Virus record (IMG/VR): IMGVR_UViG_2724679183_000002
Coordinates: 76,933 to 140,932 of that record
Direction: 5' to 3' (one strand)
DNA: 64,000 bases
From: a virus
Lineage: Duplodnaviria > Caudoviricetes
Below are positions 49,189-59,019 of the stretch, in pieces. Position 1 is the first letter of the stretch. Each line of letters opens with the position of its first letter. The notes below the pieces were generated by a model, which was given only the letters and a program-made list of their open reading frames with translations, had not been told where the DNA came from and ran no database searches. The position numbers were made by a program, and so were the translations under genes.

Positions 49189-49623
49189 ATGACAATGCAA
49201 ATTAAAATTAAATACGCAGATGAAACACAAACCAGAATTAGCAAAATTGAACAGGGTGATTGGATTGATCTACGGGTAGCTGAAGATGTAACAATTAAAA
49301 AAGATGAGTTCAAACTTATTCCGCTAGGAGTTGCGATGGAGCTACCAGAAGGCTATGAAGCCCATGTTTTGCCGCGTTCAAGTACATTCAAAAACTTTGG
49401 CATCATTGAAACAAACTCAATGGGAGTTATTGATGAATCATATAAAGGAGACAATGATTTCTGGTTCTTTCCTGCTTATGCATTACGTGATACAGAAGTT
49501 AAAAAAGGGGAGCGTATCTGTCAGTTCAGAATCATGAAGAAGATGCCAGCAGTTGAATTGATTGAGGTAGATCATCTAGGCAACGATAACCGAGGTGGTC
49601 ACGGATCGACTGGAACTAAGTAA
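49189..49623 (+). CDS. yosS: trimeric dUTPase (YosS), intact
   Basis: [28 protein letters not shown]. Confidence 0.95.
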   Translation: MTMQIKIKYADETQTRISKIEQGDWIDLRVAEDVTIKKDEFKLIPLGVAMELPEGYEAHVLPRSSTFKNFGIIETNSMGVIDESYKGDNDFWFFPAYALRDTEVKKGERICQFRIMKKMPAVELIEVDHLGNDNRGGHGSTGTK

Positions 49624-50132
49624 TACAAGCCCTGGCTTTGATCTTGATGTGAAACTGTCCAGTGAAGGGTCACAGCCAGGGTACAACTTAAAATACTCGA
49701 AAATTTTAACAAATATACCTGCAAAGGACTTGCTTGATGAAAAAAAGATTACGTAAAAAGGCGTGGAAGACAGGGAATACGAAACATGGTGAATTCATGT
49801 TTAATGTAGTTGATAAAGTAAGTGCAGATGGCAATGTGTATTATCCAAAAGGACACTATCATGTTGACAGGAAAGGGGATATGTACAAGTTTAAAATTTA
49901 GAAAAAAGCGAAATTGTGATGGCTAAAGTTGACAAAGAACTTAAGGATATCAAAGAAATCATTTTTCGGTTACTTTGCTTTTTTGAAGGTTTACTTAGTT
50001 CATGGATGACTGCACCCCATAAAAGCATGGATGCTAAAATGATAATACTCATATCTAACGATACTCCTTTACTTGTTTTTTTAAAACTTTACCACATATA
50101 GGATAGAGATGTCGATGAAATGAACATCTCTA

Positions 50133-50148
50133 TAAAAGAAGACTTTTA
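50133..50148. repeat. junction palindrome
   Basis: ctcta TAAAA gaagac TTTTA tctaa. Confidence 0.75.
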
Positions 50149-50175
50149 TCTAAAACAATAAGGAGGAAAAAGATC

Positions 50176-50376
50176 ATAAACAATAACAGTTATAAAGATT
50201 TGCAAGCAAAATATGACGACATGCTCTTCAGGAATGGTCTGTGTTTAGGATTTATTCAAAAACATGGGCTTGAAGATGTGTTTTTGGAGCATATGAAACA
50301 AGTTGCAGCTTATGAAGAAGACCAAAGGTATAGAGTTGCAGCAGTTAATTTTTTGAGTTTATTAGAATCAAATTAA
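50176..50376 (+). CDS. 66 aa protein with ATA (or ATC 50173) start
   Basis: AGGAGG RBS, fills the gap. Confidence 0.5.
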   Translation: MNNNSYKDLQAKYDDMLFRNGLCLGFIQKHGLEDVFLEHMKQVAAYEEDQRYRVAAVNFLSLLESN

Positions 50377-50395
50377 AACAAAAAGGGGTAAAAAT

Positions 50396-50662
50396 ATGGA
50401 GAATACTTATCGTTATTATAAATTAAACAAAGAACTACAGGCTGTAAAAGTTGTCTCTGGATTGCTTCCCAAAGAAAGCGAAGCTTATAGAGAACTGATT
50501 AAAATTGAAATTGGAATTTTAGAGGAAAAGAGAGATATTCTTAATGGCAAAGAAAAAATGAACAAACTGGATCAGGAACAAACAACAGACCTGGGAAGAC
50601 AGCTAACAGATAAGTTCGCTGAAGTTTTAGAAATTGTTGAAAGGATTAGCCATCATGGATAA
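50396..50662 (+). CDS. hypothetical protein
   Basis: 88 aa ORF with RBS. Confidence 0.65.
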   Translation: MENTYRYYKLNKELQAVKVVSGLLPKESEAYRELIKIEIGILEEKRDILNGKEKMNKLDQEQTTDLGRQLTDKFAEVLEIVERISHHG

Positions 50663-50954
50663 ACACATAGAGAAAATAAAAGCTCATCTAAAAGGAATAA
50701 ACGACCTTCAACAGGGTCTCAAACTTTTCAATGAAGATGAAGAAGAATATATAAGCTTATTAGCTAAGATTCAGGAGCAGTTTTATTTTATATCCGACGA
50801 AGCAATGGAGGTCTTTAAAGAACTAACATTACAAATAAGAAATACAGGTCAGAAAAGAATTAAACGGGGAATTGATCAGCTGCCTCACACAATCAAAGAA
50901 AGTGTAAGTGAAGAAATCAAAAACATGAAGAGAGCCGGAGAGTTGTTTGATTAG
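50655..50954 (+). CDS. hypothetical helical protein
   Basis: overlapping start. Confidence 0.65.
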   Translation: MDKHIEKIKAHLKGINDLQQGLKLFNEDEEEYISLLAKIQEQFYFISDEAMEVFKELTLQIRNTGQKRIKRGIDQLPHTIKESVSEEIKNMKRAGELFD

Positions 50955-51000
50955 TTATAATTATTTATAGAATAAAAATAAAATAAGGAGATGTATTAGG

Positions 51001-51411
51001 ATTACATACTTTACGTTATTACTTGCAGCATACTTATTTGCACTAAACATTAATGAAATTAGATTAACTACACGAGGAGAACAGAACGTATACGCTAAAG
51101 TTACGCATATGCTTTCTAACACATCTTATAAAGAACTGAAGAAAAATAAGAACTTAGTGTATGGAATTACATTGTTCAAGGGGATTTCGTTCATTATCCC
51201 CTTGGCTACTATTGGATTGATTGCGCATGGTAACTTGCTAATGTTAGCTTGGACAGCTTTTGCTTTAATTTATACCGGTTTAACAATGTTTAAAATTCTC
51301 GATGTTTTGGACGGTGACTCAAACAATAAGCAAAACAAGTTCGTATACATGCTTTTTGTTTGCGGCAATATTGTCTTCGTGGTTAACTTTATTATCAGTT
51401 GGTTTCAATAA
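51001..51411 (+). CDS. multi-TM membrane protein, probable ATT start
   Basis: AAGGAGATG RBS; reading frame open from 51001. Confidence 0.6.
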   Translation: MTYFTLLLAAYLFALNINEIRLTTRGEQNVYAKVTHMLSNTSYKELKKNKNLVYGITLFKGISFIIPLATIGLIAHGNLLMLAWTAFALIYTGLTMFKILDVLDGDSNNKQNKFVYMLFVCGNIVFVVNFIISWFQ

Positions 51412-51425
51412 AGGAGAATAGAAAT

Positions 51426-52265
51426 ATGACTCAGTTTGATAGGCAATACAACACAATCATAAATGACATTATTAATAATGGGGCATCAGACGAAGAATTC
51501 GATGTCAGAACCAAATGGGATACTGATGGAACACCAGCACATACATTAAGTATAATCAGTAAGCAAATGCGCTTTGATAATACAGAAGTGCCAATATTAA
51601 CGACTAAGAAAGTTGCTTGGAAAACGGCAATTAAAGAATTGCTTTGGATTTGGCAACTTAAATCCAATGATGTAAGCGAATTAAACAAAATGGGTGTACA
51701 TATTTGGGATCAATGGAAACGAGAAGACGACACAATCGGCAATGCATATGGATATCAGCTTAGTAAGAAGAACAGGATTTTAAACGGTGAAAAAGTTGAC
51801 CAGGTTGATTATCTTCTCCATCAGTTGAAAAACAACCCATCTTCACGCAGACATATTACCATGCTATGGAATCCAGATGAATTAGACTCAATGGCCTTAA
51901 CGCCTTGTGTATACGAGACTCAATGGTATGTTAAACACGGTAAGCTCCACTTAGAGGTAAGAGCACGGAGTAATGATATGGCTTTGGGAAATCCTTTTAA
52001 TGTGTTTCAGTACAATGTTTTGCAGCGTATGATTGCGCAAGTTACTGGATATGAGCTAGGTGAGTACGTCTTTAATATTGGCGACTGTCATGTGTACACA
52101 CGTCATATAGACAATTTGAAAATCCAAATGGACAGAGAGCAATACGAAGCACCTGAGCTATGGATTAATCCAGATGTAAAGGACTTTTATGATTTCACAA
52201 TTGATGATTTCAAGTTGATTAATTATAAACATGGAGACAAGCTTTACTTTGAGGTAGCAGTATAA
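51426..52265 (+). CDS. thyA: thymidylate synthase (ThyP3/ThyA type, 279 aa)
   Basis: LTTKK, ELLW, SRRH, LTPCV, RSND, PFN, GDCHVY. Confidence 0.97.
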   Translation: MTQFDRQYNTIINDIINNGASDEEFDVRTKWDTDGTPAHTLSIISKQMRFDNTEVPILTTKKVAWKTAIKELLWIWQLKSNDVSELNKMGVHIWDQWKREDDTIGNAYGYQLSKKNRILNGEKVDQVDYLLHQLKNNPSSRRHITMLWNPDELDSMALTPCVYETQWYVKHGKLHLEVRARSNDMALGNPFNVFQYNVLQRMIAQVTGYELGEYVFNIGDCHVYTRHIDNLKIQMDREQYEAPELWINPDVKDFYDFTIDDFKLINYKHGDKLYFEVAV

Positions 52266-52783
52266 TGCTATCTCTAATTGGTTGCTGCGACAAATCGCTG
52301 GCCATTGGATATCAGAATAAGTTACTTTATCATATACCAGATGACATGAAACGTTTTAAAGAACTCACTACAGGGAAGCTTTGCATTCAAGGCAGACTTA
52401 CATATGAATCGATAGTAAACATTACAGGAAAGCCGTTGCAGAACCGAAGGAATATCATACTAACTAAAAATAGGGCATTCAAACCTGATCATTCTTCATT
52501 CGTTTACCATTCCATTGAAGATGTGTTAAAGCTGATACGAGGTCAATTGGATACAAATGAAGAAGTGATGGTCATTGGCGGTGGTGCTATATACGAGGCA
52601 TTCTTACCACATGCTGATAAGGTTTATTTAACGATTGTTGATTCAGTTGCTGAGAAGGCAGATTCGTATTTTCCAAGGTTAAGTGATGATTGGAGGGTAG
52701 TTGAAAAAGACCACAGGGAAGCAGATACAACGAATGGGCGGGATTATTCGTTTATTATTTATGAAAATATCAAAAATATATAG
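52265..52783 (+). CDS. dfrA: dihydrofolate reductase
   Basis: IG..NKL..HIPDDMKRFK..T, GRLT, PL.NR, IGGG.IY. Confidence 0.93.
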   Translation: MLSLIGCCDKSLAIGYQNKLLYHIPDDMKRFKELTTGKLCIQGRLTYESIVNITGKPLQNRRNIILTKNRAFKPDHSSFVYHSIEDVLKLIRGQLDTNEEVMVIGGGAIYEAFLPHADKVYLTIVDSVAEKADSYFPRLSDDWRVVEKDHREADTTNGRDYSFIIYENIKNI

Positions 52784-52809
52784 ACAAAAATAAAAAATAA
52801 GTATATTAT
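52781..52809 (+). promoter_or_regulatory. SPBRE-like promoter
   Basis: TAGACA-aaaataaaaaataagta-TATTAT; second repeat at 52852-52869. Confidence 0.8.
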
Positions 52810-52881
52810 TAATTTATATAAAGGGTTGACAACAGGTTATTACAAGAGAAGAAAATAAAATATAAGTATGGTGGTGATTGA

Positions 52882-53229
52882 TTGCAACAAAAAGAGCAAG
52901 AGTTATTGTCACGGAAAGAGCAGCTTGAAGTTGATGTTTTAGAAAAGGAAGCAGACTTACTCAGACTGGAAGTGGAACAAGAAGAATTTAATCTCCGCAA
53001 AATTGGGGAGATCGGAGTACTTAAAGATTTTCTTTTATACATAAAGAAATACAGAGCAATGTTTACTGTGCAGCAAGCAGAAGATTTTAGAAATATGGAT
53101 AGGCGAATGAAAGAAATCGTTAAAGTCCAGGATGGACAAGTAATGATTGATGAAGAAGCTTTAGAGGGGTTTATTAATGAAATTGAGAATCAATTTAAAT
53201 TAACTGAAGATGGAGATGATAAGCAATGA
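52882..53229 (+). CDS. YosX-like coiled-coil protein
   Basis: 115 aa, synteny. Confidence 0.65.
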   Translation: MQQKEQELLSRKEQLEVDVLEKEADLLRLEVEQEEFNLRKIGEIGVLKDFLLYIKKYRAMFTVQQAEDFRNMDRRMKEIVKVQDGQVMIDEEALEGFINEIENQFKLTEDGDDKQ

Positions 53230-53592
53230 AAAATGTAAAACAAATACGTCGTAAAGCTCAGCGATATGCTTGCTAAGTGTTTGCCTGCTTTGAACGAAAG
53301 TTTAACAGATTACAGCGAGATATCTAAAGAAATATGGGATATACACACATCATTATCAGTATGAGAGAGGTAGATACGGATTGGAATGGCTTTGGTGGAT
53401 ATGGGGGATACAGCTACTATTTCTTACTGTTTATACGTTGTTGAATATATTAAGAAACTAGGGAGGGGCTAAAGTGAGCAGAAAAGACGACATTATTGAG
53501 GGCATTAGGCAAATTAACGTAGAGATCAATGATCTTCATGAAGAAATACGTGATTTAGAAAACGAATTAAAATTGTTAGAGGAGGATGAATA

Positions 53593-53952
53593 ATGAAACC
53601 GACAATCACGAAAGAACAGGCAGAGGCTCTTGAAGAACTCCGATTAAGATTGAGCGATGAAGGAATATTACTATCATACACAAATGATAGCTTAAGAGTT
53701 GGTGATAATAAAAGCGGGTGCTTATATAACCTTGATTTACTAACATTATCTGCTGCGTTAATTAACGGTTATGAAACCGAAGCGACACCGGAGGAAAAAC
53801 TACGGGAGTATTACGATGGTATAAAAAGATCACGGGATGAGAGGCACCTAGCGGGGGATATTGAAGGTAAACGCCATAATGTCGGAGTATTAACCGGAAT
53901 AAGCAACACGCTCTACATTCTCGGAATCAAAATCGAAGGAGTGAACGCTTGA
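53593..53952 (+). CDS. hypothetical phage protein (ALINGY motif)
   Basis: GGAGG RBS. Confidence 0.7.
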   Translation: MKPTITKEQAEALEELRLRLSDEGILLSYTNDSLRVGDNKSGCLYNLDLLTLSAALINGYETEATPEEKLREYYDGIKRSRDERHLAGDIEGKRHNVGVLTGISNTLYILGIKIEGVNA

Positions 53953-54082
53953 TGAGACGACCAACGGAAGCAGAGCTCGGCGTAGCAATCGATAAGCTCC
54001 GAACGGGCGTACCAGAGGAACTTTATCACCACGTATGGACACTGATTTACGAAATTGATGCATTGCGGGAGGAGGTAGGGAA

Positions 54083-54460
54083 ATGTCCAGAAAACTAACG
54101 AAAGAACATCTCGAAGCGATTCGCCAGCGTGCAGAAGTGGCGACAAAAGGATTTTGGAATGCTGAAGCTCATGAATGTCCTGGAAATGAGAATCTGAGAT
54201 ATTGGGTAGTCACACATTGGGATGGTTTAGCAGCTACGGTAACTAAAGAGGATGCTGAATTCATAGCAAACGCTCGTCAAGATATTCCTGCGCTACTCGA
54301 TCACATTACGTCGCTTGATCGAAAATTGCATGAAGCAACGTTAATTATTAATCGAGTCAAGGATACACTTAGCGGAATACGGCACGGTACAGGATACGAA
54401 GTATACGAAGATGTTTATCGATTCATTTACGGAAAGAATGACGAAGATGACAAACTATGA
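54083..54460 (+). CDS. Ead/Ea22-like phage protein
   Basis: AIRQRAE.AT.G.W ... DAEFIANARQDIPALLD. Confidence 0.75.
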   Translation: MSRKLTKEHLEAIRQRAEVATKGFWNAEAHECPGNENLRYWVVTHWDGLAATVTKEDAEFIANARQDIPALLDHITSLDRKLHEATLIINRVKDTLSGIRHGTGYEVYEDVYRFIYGKNDEDDKL

Positions 54461-54491
54461 GCCAGTTGCGCGTAGATTGACTTAATTCTTA

Positions 54492-54507
54492 TGAAATCTG
54501 TATTTTA
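54492..54507. repeat. junction palindrome
   Basis: TGAAA tctgta TTTTA. Confidence 0.7.
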
Positions 54508-54531
54508 TAAAAAAACTGGTCATTAGACCAG

Positions 54532-55212
54532 TTAAACACACTTATACCGACTCATTAATGTTAAGTTGAAAACTTGTTCAGAAGATAACCCCATGCTTAA
54601 GGCTTTGTGCATATCTTCAGTTTCACGATGCAACGAATAGAAGAACATATCAACCTTATCAAAAAACATTCTGTCGAGATAATTTTCATCAAATAAATGA
54701 GCAACGATAGTATCAGAATTTTCAATTTCTGTTTTTGCTTTTAATCTTTTATTTCCGTCAACGCATAACAGAGGGATTGGCGTACCATAAAATCTAACAA
54801 GGAAAGGCAATCTGGTATCGTTAACTTTTGATGTAATAAGTGGTGCAGAGGAATTGAAATGAATTAAATCCAAACTGAAAATATCTTTTTCTATGTTTTC
54901 ATGTGTTGCAAGATATTTCATTTTTTCCACATCAAATTTATAAATATAGCTACCTACTGGTGAATCAAATGTAAAATCAAACATCTCGTAAGTCTCAATA
55001 TATTCAGAGCTTTTTAGAGGATTAATGACTTCGTCTATATTTGATTTAAGAAGCTCGTCTTCTTTTATTAGCGTGTCGATCCAAAAATTTTTCCACTCCT
55101 TAAAGAAGGGGAGTGAACCTAAAGCATATTTGAAAACGTCTTGGTTCAAATATTTATCAAATGGGAATGAATAGTATTCACTTGGTGAAGTAGCTGTAAA
55201 AGAAATCGGCAA
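54532..55212 (-). CDS. counter-oriented accessory protein (VDGNKRL, ParB-like motif)
   Basis: GGAGG RBS and its own TGnTATAAT promoter element near 55240. Confidence 0.7.
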   Translation of the reverse strand: MPISFTATSPSEYYSFPFDKYLNQDVFKYALGSLPFFKEWKNFWIDTLIKEDELLKSNIDEVINPLKSSEYIETYEMFDFTFDSPVGSYIYKFDVEKMKYLATHENIEKDIFSLDLIHFNSSAPLITSKVNDTRLPFLVRFYGTPIPLLCVDGNKRLKAKTEIENSDTIVAHLFDENYLDRMFFDKVDMFFYSLHRETEDMHKALSMGLSSEQVFNLTLMSRYKCV

Positions 55213-55272
55213 AATATAACCTCCAACCTTTTTTACTCAATTATACCAGTAAATGAGGTTGAATGAAATAAA

Positions 55273-55491
55273 TTAATGAAATTGACCATTCATGCTTTGT
55301 TGAGCCAGACGAACCAAACGTTTAGTAATTTCTCCACCTACTGATCCGTTTGCTCGGCTAGTTGTCTCAGCGCCCAATTGAACACCAAATTCAGAAGCAA
55401 TCTCATATTTCATTTGTTCAATTGCTGAAGCAGCTTGAGGTACAACTAACTCATTATTATTGTTTGATCTTGATCTGTTTTGTTGAGCCAT
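55273..55491 (-). CDS. sspC: alpha/beta-type small acid-soluble spore protein
   Basis: [31 protein letters not shown]. Confidence 0.97.
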   Translation of the reverse strand: MAQQNRSRSNNNNELVVPQAASAIEQMKYEIASEFGVQLGAETTSRANGSVGGEITKRLVRLAQQSMNGQFH

Positions 55492-55535
55492 ACGATCATC
55501 TCCTAAAGTAATATGTAAACAAGCTTGTTCGATCA

Positions 55536-55564
55536 TATTATGGAGAGGTTTTCTAAGATTATGC
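55536..55564 (-). promoter_or_regulatory. sigmaG-type promoter of sspC
   Basis: GCATA-N17-CATAATA on the minus strand. Confidence 0.7.
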
Positions 55565-55653
55565 ATTTTAATTTGAAAAAGAGGTGATTTAAATGACTAT
55601 TGGACGTGGAGGATGATTTAGCACGCACTTAAAAAGAGCATAAGGGGGATAAA

Positions 55654-56481
55654 ATGAAAATCGACTACGTTTCAGATCTCCATATTAACCATTGGATTCC
55701 TTGGAACAATAGCCAAATCAAATGGGAAAGGCGAACAAGGGAGATTGTTAGAAGGTTAATATCGAATGGAAATGGAGAGGTATTAATCATTGCCGGTGAC
55801 TTTACTGAGTGGAATCAACAAACGCTGTGGGTTCTTGATGAAGTAGCCAAGCAATATGAGAAGGTTTACTTTACATATGGAAATCATGATCTTTATTTAC
55901 TCAGTAAGAATCAGCAACGAAAATACTCAGATTCATTAGGAAGGTTGAATGATCTAATTCAGAAGGCTGCAGACATCAAGAATGTCACTCCATTGATAAA
56001 GTCAACGGATACATACAAAGGGAAGGTATTTGCTGGAGATGTCATGTGGTATCTTCCTAAAGGAAATGAAGGATGGGATTTCTTCAAAGGTGTCTCTAAT
56101 GATTCAAACTATATCAGTCTTAATGGATACAGCAAAGAAGATGGAGTAAGAGCGATGTGGAAAGAATCAATGGACTGGTATGACACACTTGAAAACTCTC
56201 ACATTGATGTATTTGTCTCACATGTCCCACCTGTTCACAATCCATATTCACCATTTGAGCCTAACAGCTGCTATATGGTCGATTTGCCATTCATTAATGC
56301 TGAACATTGGATTTGTGGACACGATCATTTACAAGCTGAGTTTTATATAGAAGGAACGAGCTTTCACATGAACTGCATTGGGTATCCGTATGACTATGAT
56401 ATGTACCCAAGAGTAAATGAGATACCAGGCAATGAAGCTGATACGTATAAAACTTTTGAATTGAAGACATTTGAAATTTGA
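55654..56481 (+). CDS. yotB: metallophosphoesterase YotB
   Basis: SDLH, AGD, GNHD, SH.PP, GH.H motifs. Confidence 0.92.
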   Translation: MKIDYVSDLHINHWIPWNNSQIKWERRTREIVRRLISNGNGEVLIIAGDFTEWNQQTLWVLDEVAKQYEKVYFTYGNHDLYLLSKNQQRKYSDSLGRLNDLIQKAADIKNVTPLIKSTDTYKGKVFAGDVMWYLPKGNEGWDFFKGVSNDSNYISLNGYSKEDGVRAMWKESMDWYDTLENSHIDVFVSHVPPVHNPYSPFEPNSCYMVDLPFINAEHWICGHDHLQAEFYIEGTSFHMNCIGYPYDYDMYPRVNEIPGNEADTYKTFELKTFEI

Positions 56482-56490
56482 GGTGAAACT

Positions 56491-56712
56491 GTGAAGAAAA
56501 AATCAGATGATGTGTGGACAGTCGTGTATAAAGATCATGATGAAGAACCAAGGGCTTATTCATATTATTCCAAAATAGATGCAGAGACTGCAAAACTGAC
56601 GATTGAAAAATCAAATGGTACTCAGTTAGTCAATGAAAAAGAAGAAGTAGTTGGGCATATTCATTTAGACTGGGTGTATTTAATCCAAGGAAGGTTATTT
56701 AAAACTGACTGA
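56491..56712 (+). CDS. hypothetical protein
   Basis: GAGGTG RBS. Confidence 0.65.
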   Translation: MKKKSDDVWTVVYKDHDEEPRAYSYYSKIDAETAKLTIEKSNGTQLVNEKEEVVGHIHLDWVYLIQGRLFKTD

Positions 56713-56722
56713 CAGAAGAAAA

Positions 56723-56738
56723 TAAAATTCTAATTTTA
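56723..56738. repeat. junction palindrome
   Basis: TAAAA ttctaa TTTTA taaag. Confidence 0.75.
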
Positions 56739-56757
56739 TAAAGAAAAGGTGAAGTAA

Positions 56758-56937
56758 ATGAGTTGGGGAATATCGCCTAAGGCAACGAATAAAGAGAAAT
56801 TGAAGGCTGAAATGGCTGATTACTTAAATGGTTTAAATTCAACAGGAGCAATAGGTTATGAAGTATATAGTGAATCATTTGATGTCTCTATGAAATTACT
56901 TGACAAAATGTATGAGCTAGGAAAATCCGAAAAATAA
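56758..56937 (+). CDS. 59 aa protein, only gene between two palindromes
   Basis: AAGGTG RBS, hand translation MSWGISPKATNK... Confidence 0.6.
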   Translation: MSWGISPKATNKEKLKAEMADYLNGLNSTGAIGYEVYSESFDVSMKLLDKMYELGKSEK

Positions 56938-56941
56938 TTGA

Positions 56942-56957
56942 TAAAATGTTGATTTGA
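56942..56957. repeat. junction palindrome variant
   Basis: ttga TAAAA tgttga TTTGA ttcaa. Confidence 0.6.
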
Positions 56958-56979
56958 TTCAAAAAAGGGAGGGGATGAC

Positions 56980-57336
56980 ATGATTCTTAAATGGGCTGAA
57001 AAAAGAGAGAAGGATAAGATGATGGATGACTTAGGTACATTCATCGACAATCTAATCAATGAAAGGGATTCCCTTGCAGACAAGGTAAGAAACTTCAGCA
57101 AAGATGAGGAAATCGCTAAATTGTTAAAAGAAAACGAGAATCTTAGAATTAACAGCCTTCATACTTTATCAGAAAAAGAAAGAGATGAAGCAGATGCTTT
57201 TAGGGATGAACATTGGGAAAAATGTAAAGGTAACATGGCTTATCTTTTGACAGGAGCAAGTATGGGTACAGCTATAGAGGTTATTTGCTCCAAATGTAAA
57301 ACCCAAAAAGACATCACAGACATTAGCGTGTGGTAA
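56980..57336 (+). CDS. coiled-coil/Zn-ribbon hypothetical protein
   Basis: H..KC ... CSKC. Confidence 0.7.
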   Translation: MILKWAEKREKDKMMDDLGTFIDNLINERDSLADKVRNFSKDEEIAKLLKENENLRINSLHTLSEKERDEADAFRDEHWEKCKGNMAYLLTGASMGTAIEVICSKCKTQKDITDISVW

Positions 57337-57714
57337 ACAAGATGGCGAAAAGTGATTCAAAGGAGATATACCGTTGACTATATATGAAAAAATAATGAAT
57401 CATCCGGAAAGCAAAAAGGCAGCGTTAATCAAGTTTGGCTTTGGGCAATTGTCACCGTTTAAGTTGAAAAATGGTTTAAGTCATATAATCCGCCCAAATA
57501 CTACGAATTTAGAAGAGCAGCTAACAGCAATAAGGTTACTGACTTACATACTCAAGTAATGACTAAGGAGCAAAGGACACACCTGTTAAATCTAGAAGAG
57601 GTCTTTAATGATGAAAAGTCTAGAAAGGCAGTATTAAAATTAGCAGAACAATACACCAAGTTGAAAAAGGGGTGACTGACTGTCATTGAAAAGCATGATT
57701 CTTGGAGGGATTAA

Positions 57715-58137
57715 ATGAATAGTGCAAACTCGGCAACATGGTTTGATTTGGACTTCGAGACTAAACCAGACAATGACATTGATGAAGCCCTATTGCGATT
57801 ATTTGATCTCATGAAGAAGAGTCTTCACATTTATTTCAATATTGAAAACTCTTTTGATATTCATGAGTTTTTAAATAACGCTACAGCAAAGAACGTTGAT
57901 AATTCTTTCATTGAATGGATTAGGGGAAAGGGCATCCCAAGATTAAAGAAAATTGACTTTAAAAACGTACCAAGCAATGATCAATTTCTTGCAATGATTG
58001 AATACGATGAACACTGTCTTAAATGTGAGATGGATTTTAAAGAACCGATTGAGGTAAGAAGTTGCATAATTACGATCATTAATAGTATTCAAGAATATAT
58101 TAATATTTGCAAACAGTTAATCAAAGGAGTGTTTTAG
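57715..58137 (+). CDS. hypothetical protein
   Basis: GGAGG RBS. Confidence 0.65.
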   Translation: MNSANSATWFDLDFETKPDNDIDEALLRLFDLMKKSLHIYFNIENSFDIHEFLNNATAKNVDNSFIEWIRGKGIPRLKKIDFKNVPSNDQFLAMIEYDEHCLKCEMDFKEPIEVRSCIITIINSIQEYINICKQLIKGVF

Positions 58138-58685
58138 TGGTGAAAACAGAATTTAATTTTAATGATGTATTAGAAAATTACAAGCGAAGAGATGAGGAAC
58201 GAAAAGAATTCATCATTCACAAAGGCTACACTGCTATCGAAGAGATCATTAAAGAAGTTAATAAAAGAGGATCGCTAAATGAAGCAGTTATTTATTATGG
58301 AACACCTAAACCACAGCTAAGTTTCTCGGACGTTGAATTAGGTTACATGCTTACTTCAATGATGGAATATGCGACAAATCATGTAGGAAATCCAGTAGAT
58401 GAGGAATGTGAATTTGAAAATAAACTGGCTTACTTTGAGTATAAGGACGAGATAATTCAGATTTTTGAAGTATATGGGCAAGGTACTGAAAGCTGGTTTT
58501 CGAAACCAGGTGACGAAACAATTGATAAATTGAATAACTCAGCTTACGGAGTGTATTTGATCCAGTTTGATGATTTCATTAATAGCACTAAAAATAAAGA
58601 AAATGAGAGTAACAAGCTTTCTTTAAGTAGCTCGATCCTAAATGACATTACCGGTGGATACACAGTCGAAAGGGGCTCTATTTAG
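58137..58685 (+). CDS. hypothetical protein (YGQGT motif)
   Basis: AAGGAG RBS, GTG start. Confidence 0.65.
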   Translation: MVKTEFNFNDVLENYKRRDEERKEFIIHKGYTAIEEIIKEVNKRGSLNEAVIYYGTPKPQLSFSDVELGYMLTSMMEYATNHVGNPVDEECEFENKLAYFEYKDEIIQIFEVYGQGTESWFSKPGDETIDKLNNSAYGVYLIQFDDFINSTKNKENESNKLSLSSSILNDITGGYTVERGSI

Positions 58686-59003
58686 ATGATTGTTACAGCT
58701 TGGATTTTATTAGTTGTATTTGGGCTAGTGGTGTTGGCGAATTTAGATTCCCGAGGGGAGATTAAATTTGCAGTTTATATTGGTGTATTAAAATTTGTTT
58801 CAGTATTCATTGTAGCTATAGCTGCAGGAGTAATTTGGGGAGGGTTGTTTCAATGAAAAATGTTAAACATGATCTTTCAGAAGAAACAGGTAGTGACTCA
58901 AATTCAAATGTCAAATGGGTTAAGTCGATAAAAATGAATCAACAAGAAGAACTTTATGAAATGACTAATTTATGAACCAGTGGAATTAAGTAAATAAACT
59001 GCA

Positions 59004-59019
59004 TAAAATCGGTCTTTTA
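59004..59019. repeat. junction palindrome
   Basis: ctgca TAAAA tcggtc TTTTA aagg. Confidence 0.75.

Noticed and set aside
53227-53470. Intact gene after the yosX-like ORF
   Set aside because: Several stops and frame changes; probably a remnant that I could not identify
55516-55532. SOS box near sspC
   Set aside because: AAAC-N6-GTTC has the wrong spacing for GAAC-N4-GTTC
2545-59019. Junction palindromes as intrinsic terminators or host dif sites
   Set aside because: A 5-bp all-AU stem is too weak, real GC terminators occur separately beside some copies (13449, 38766), and the arms do not match B. subtilis dif as recalled
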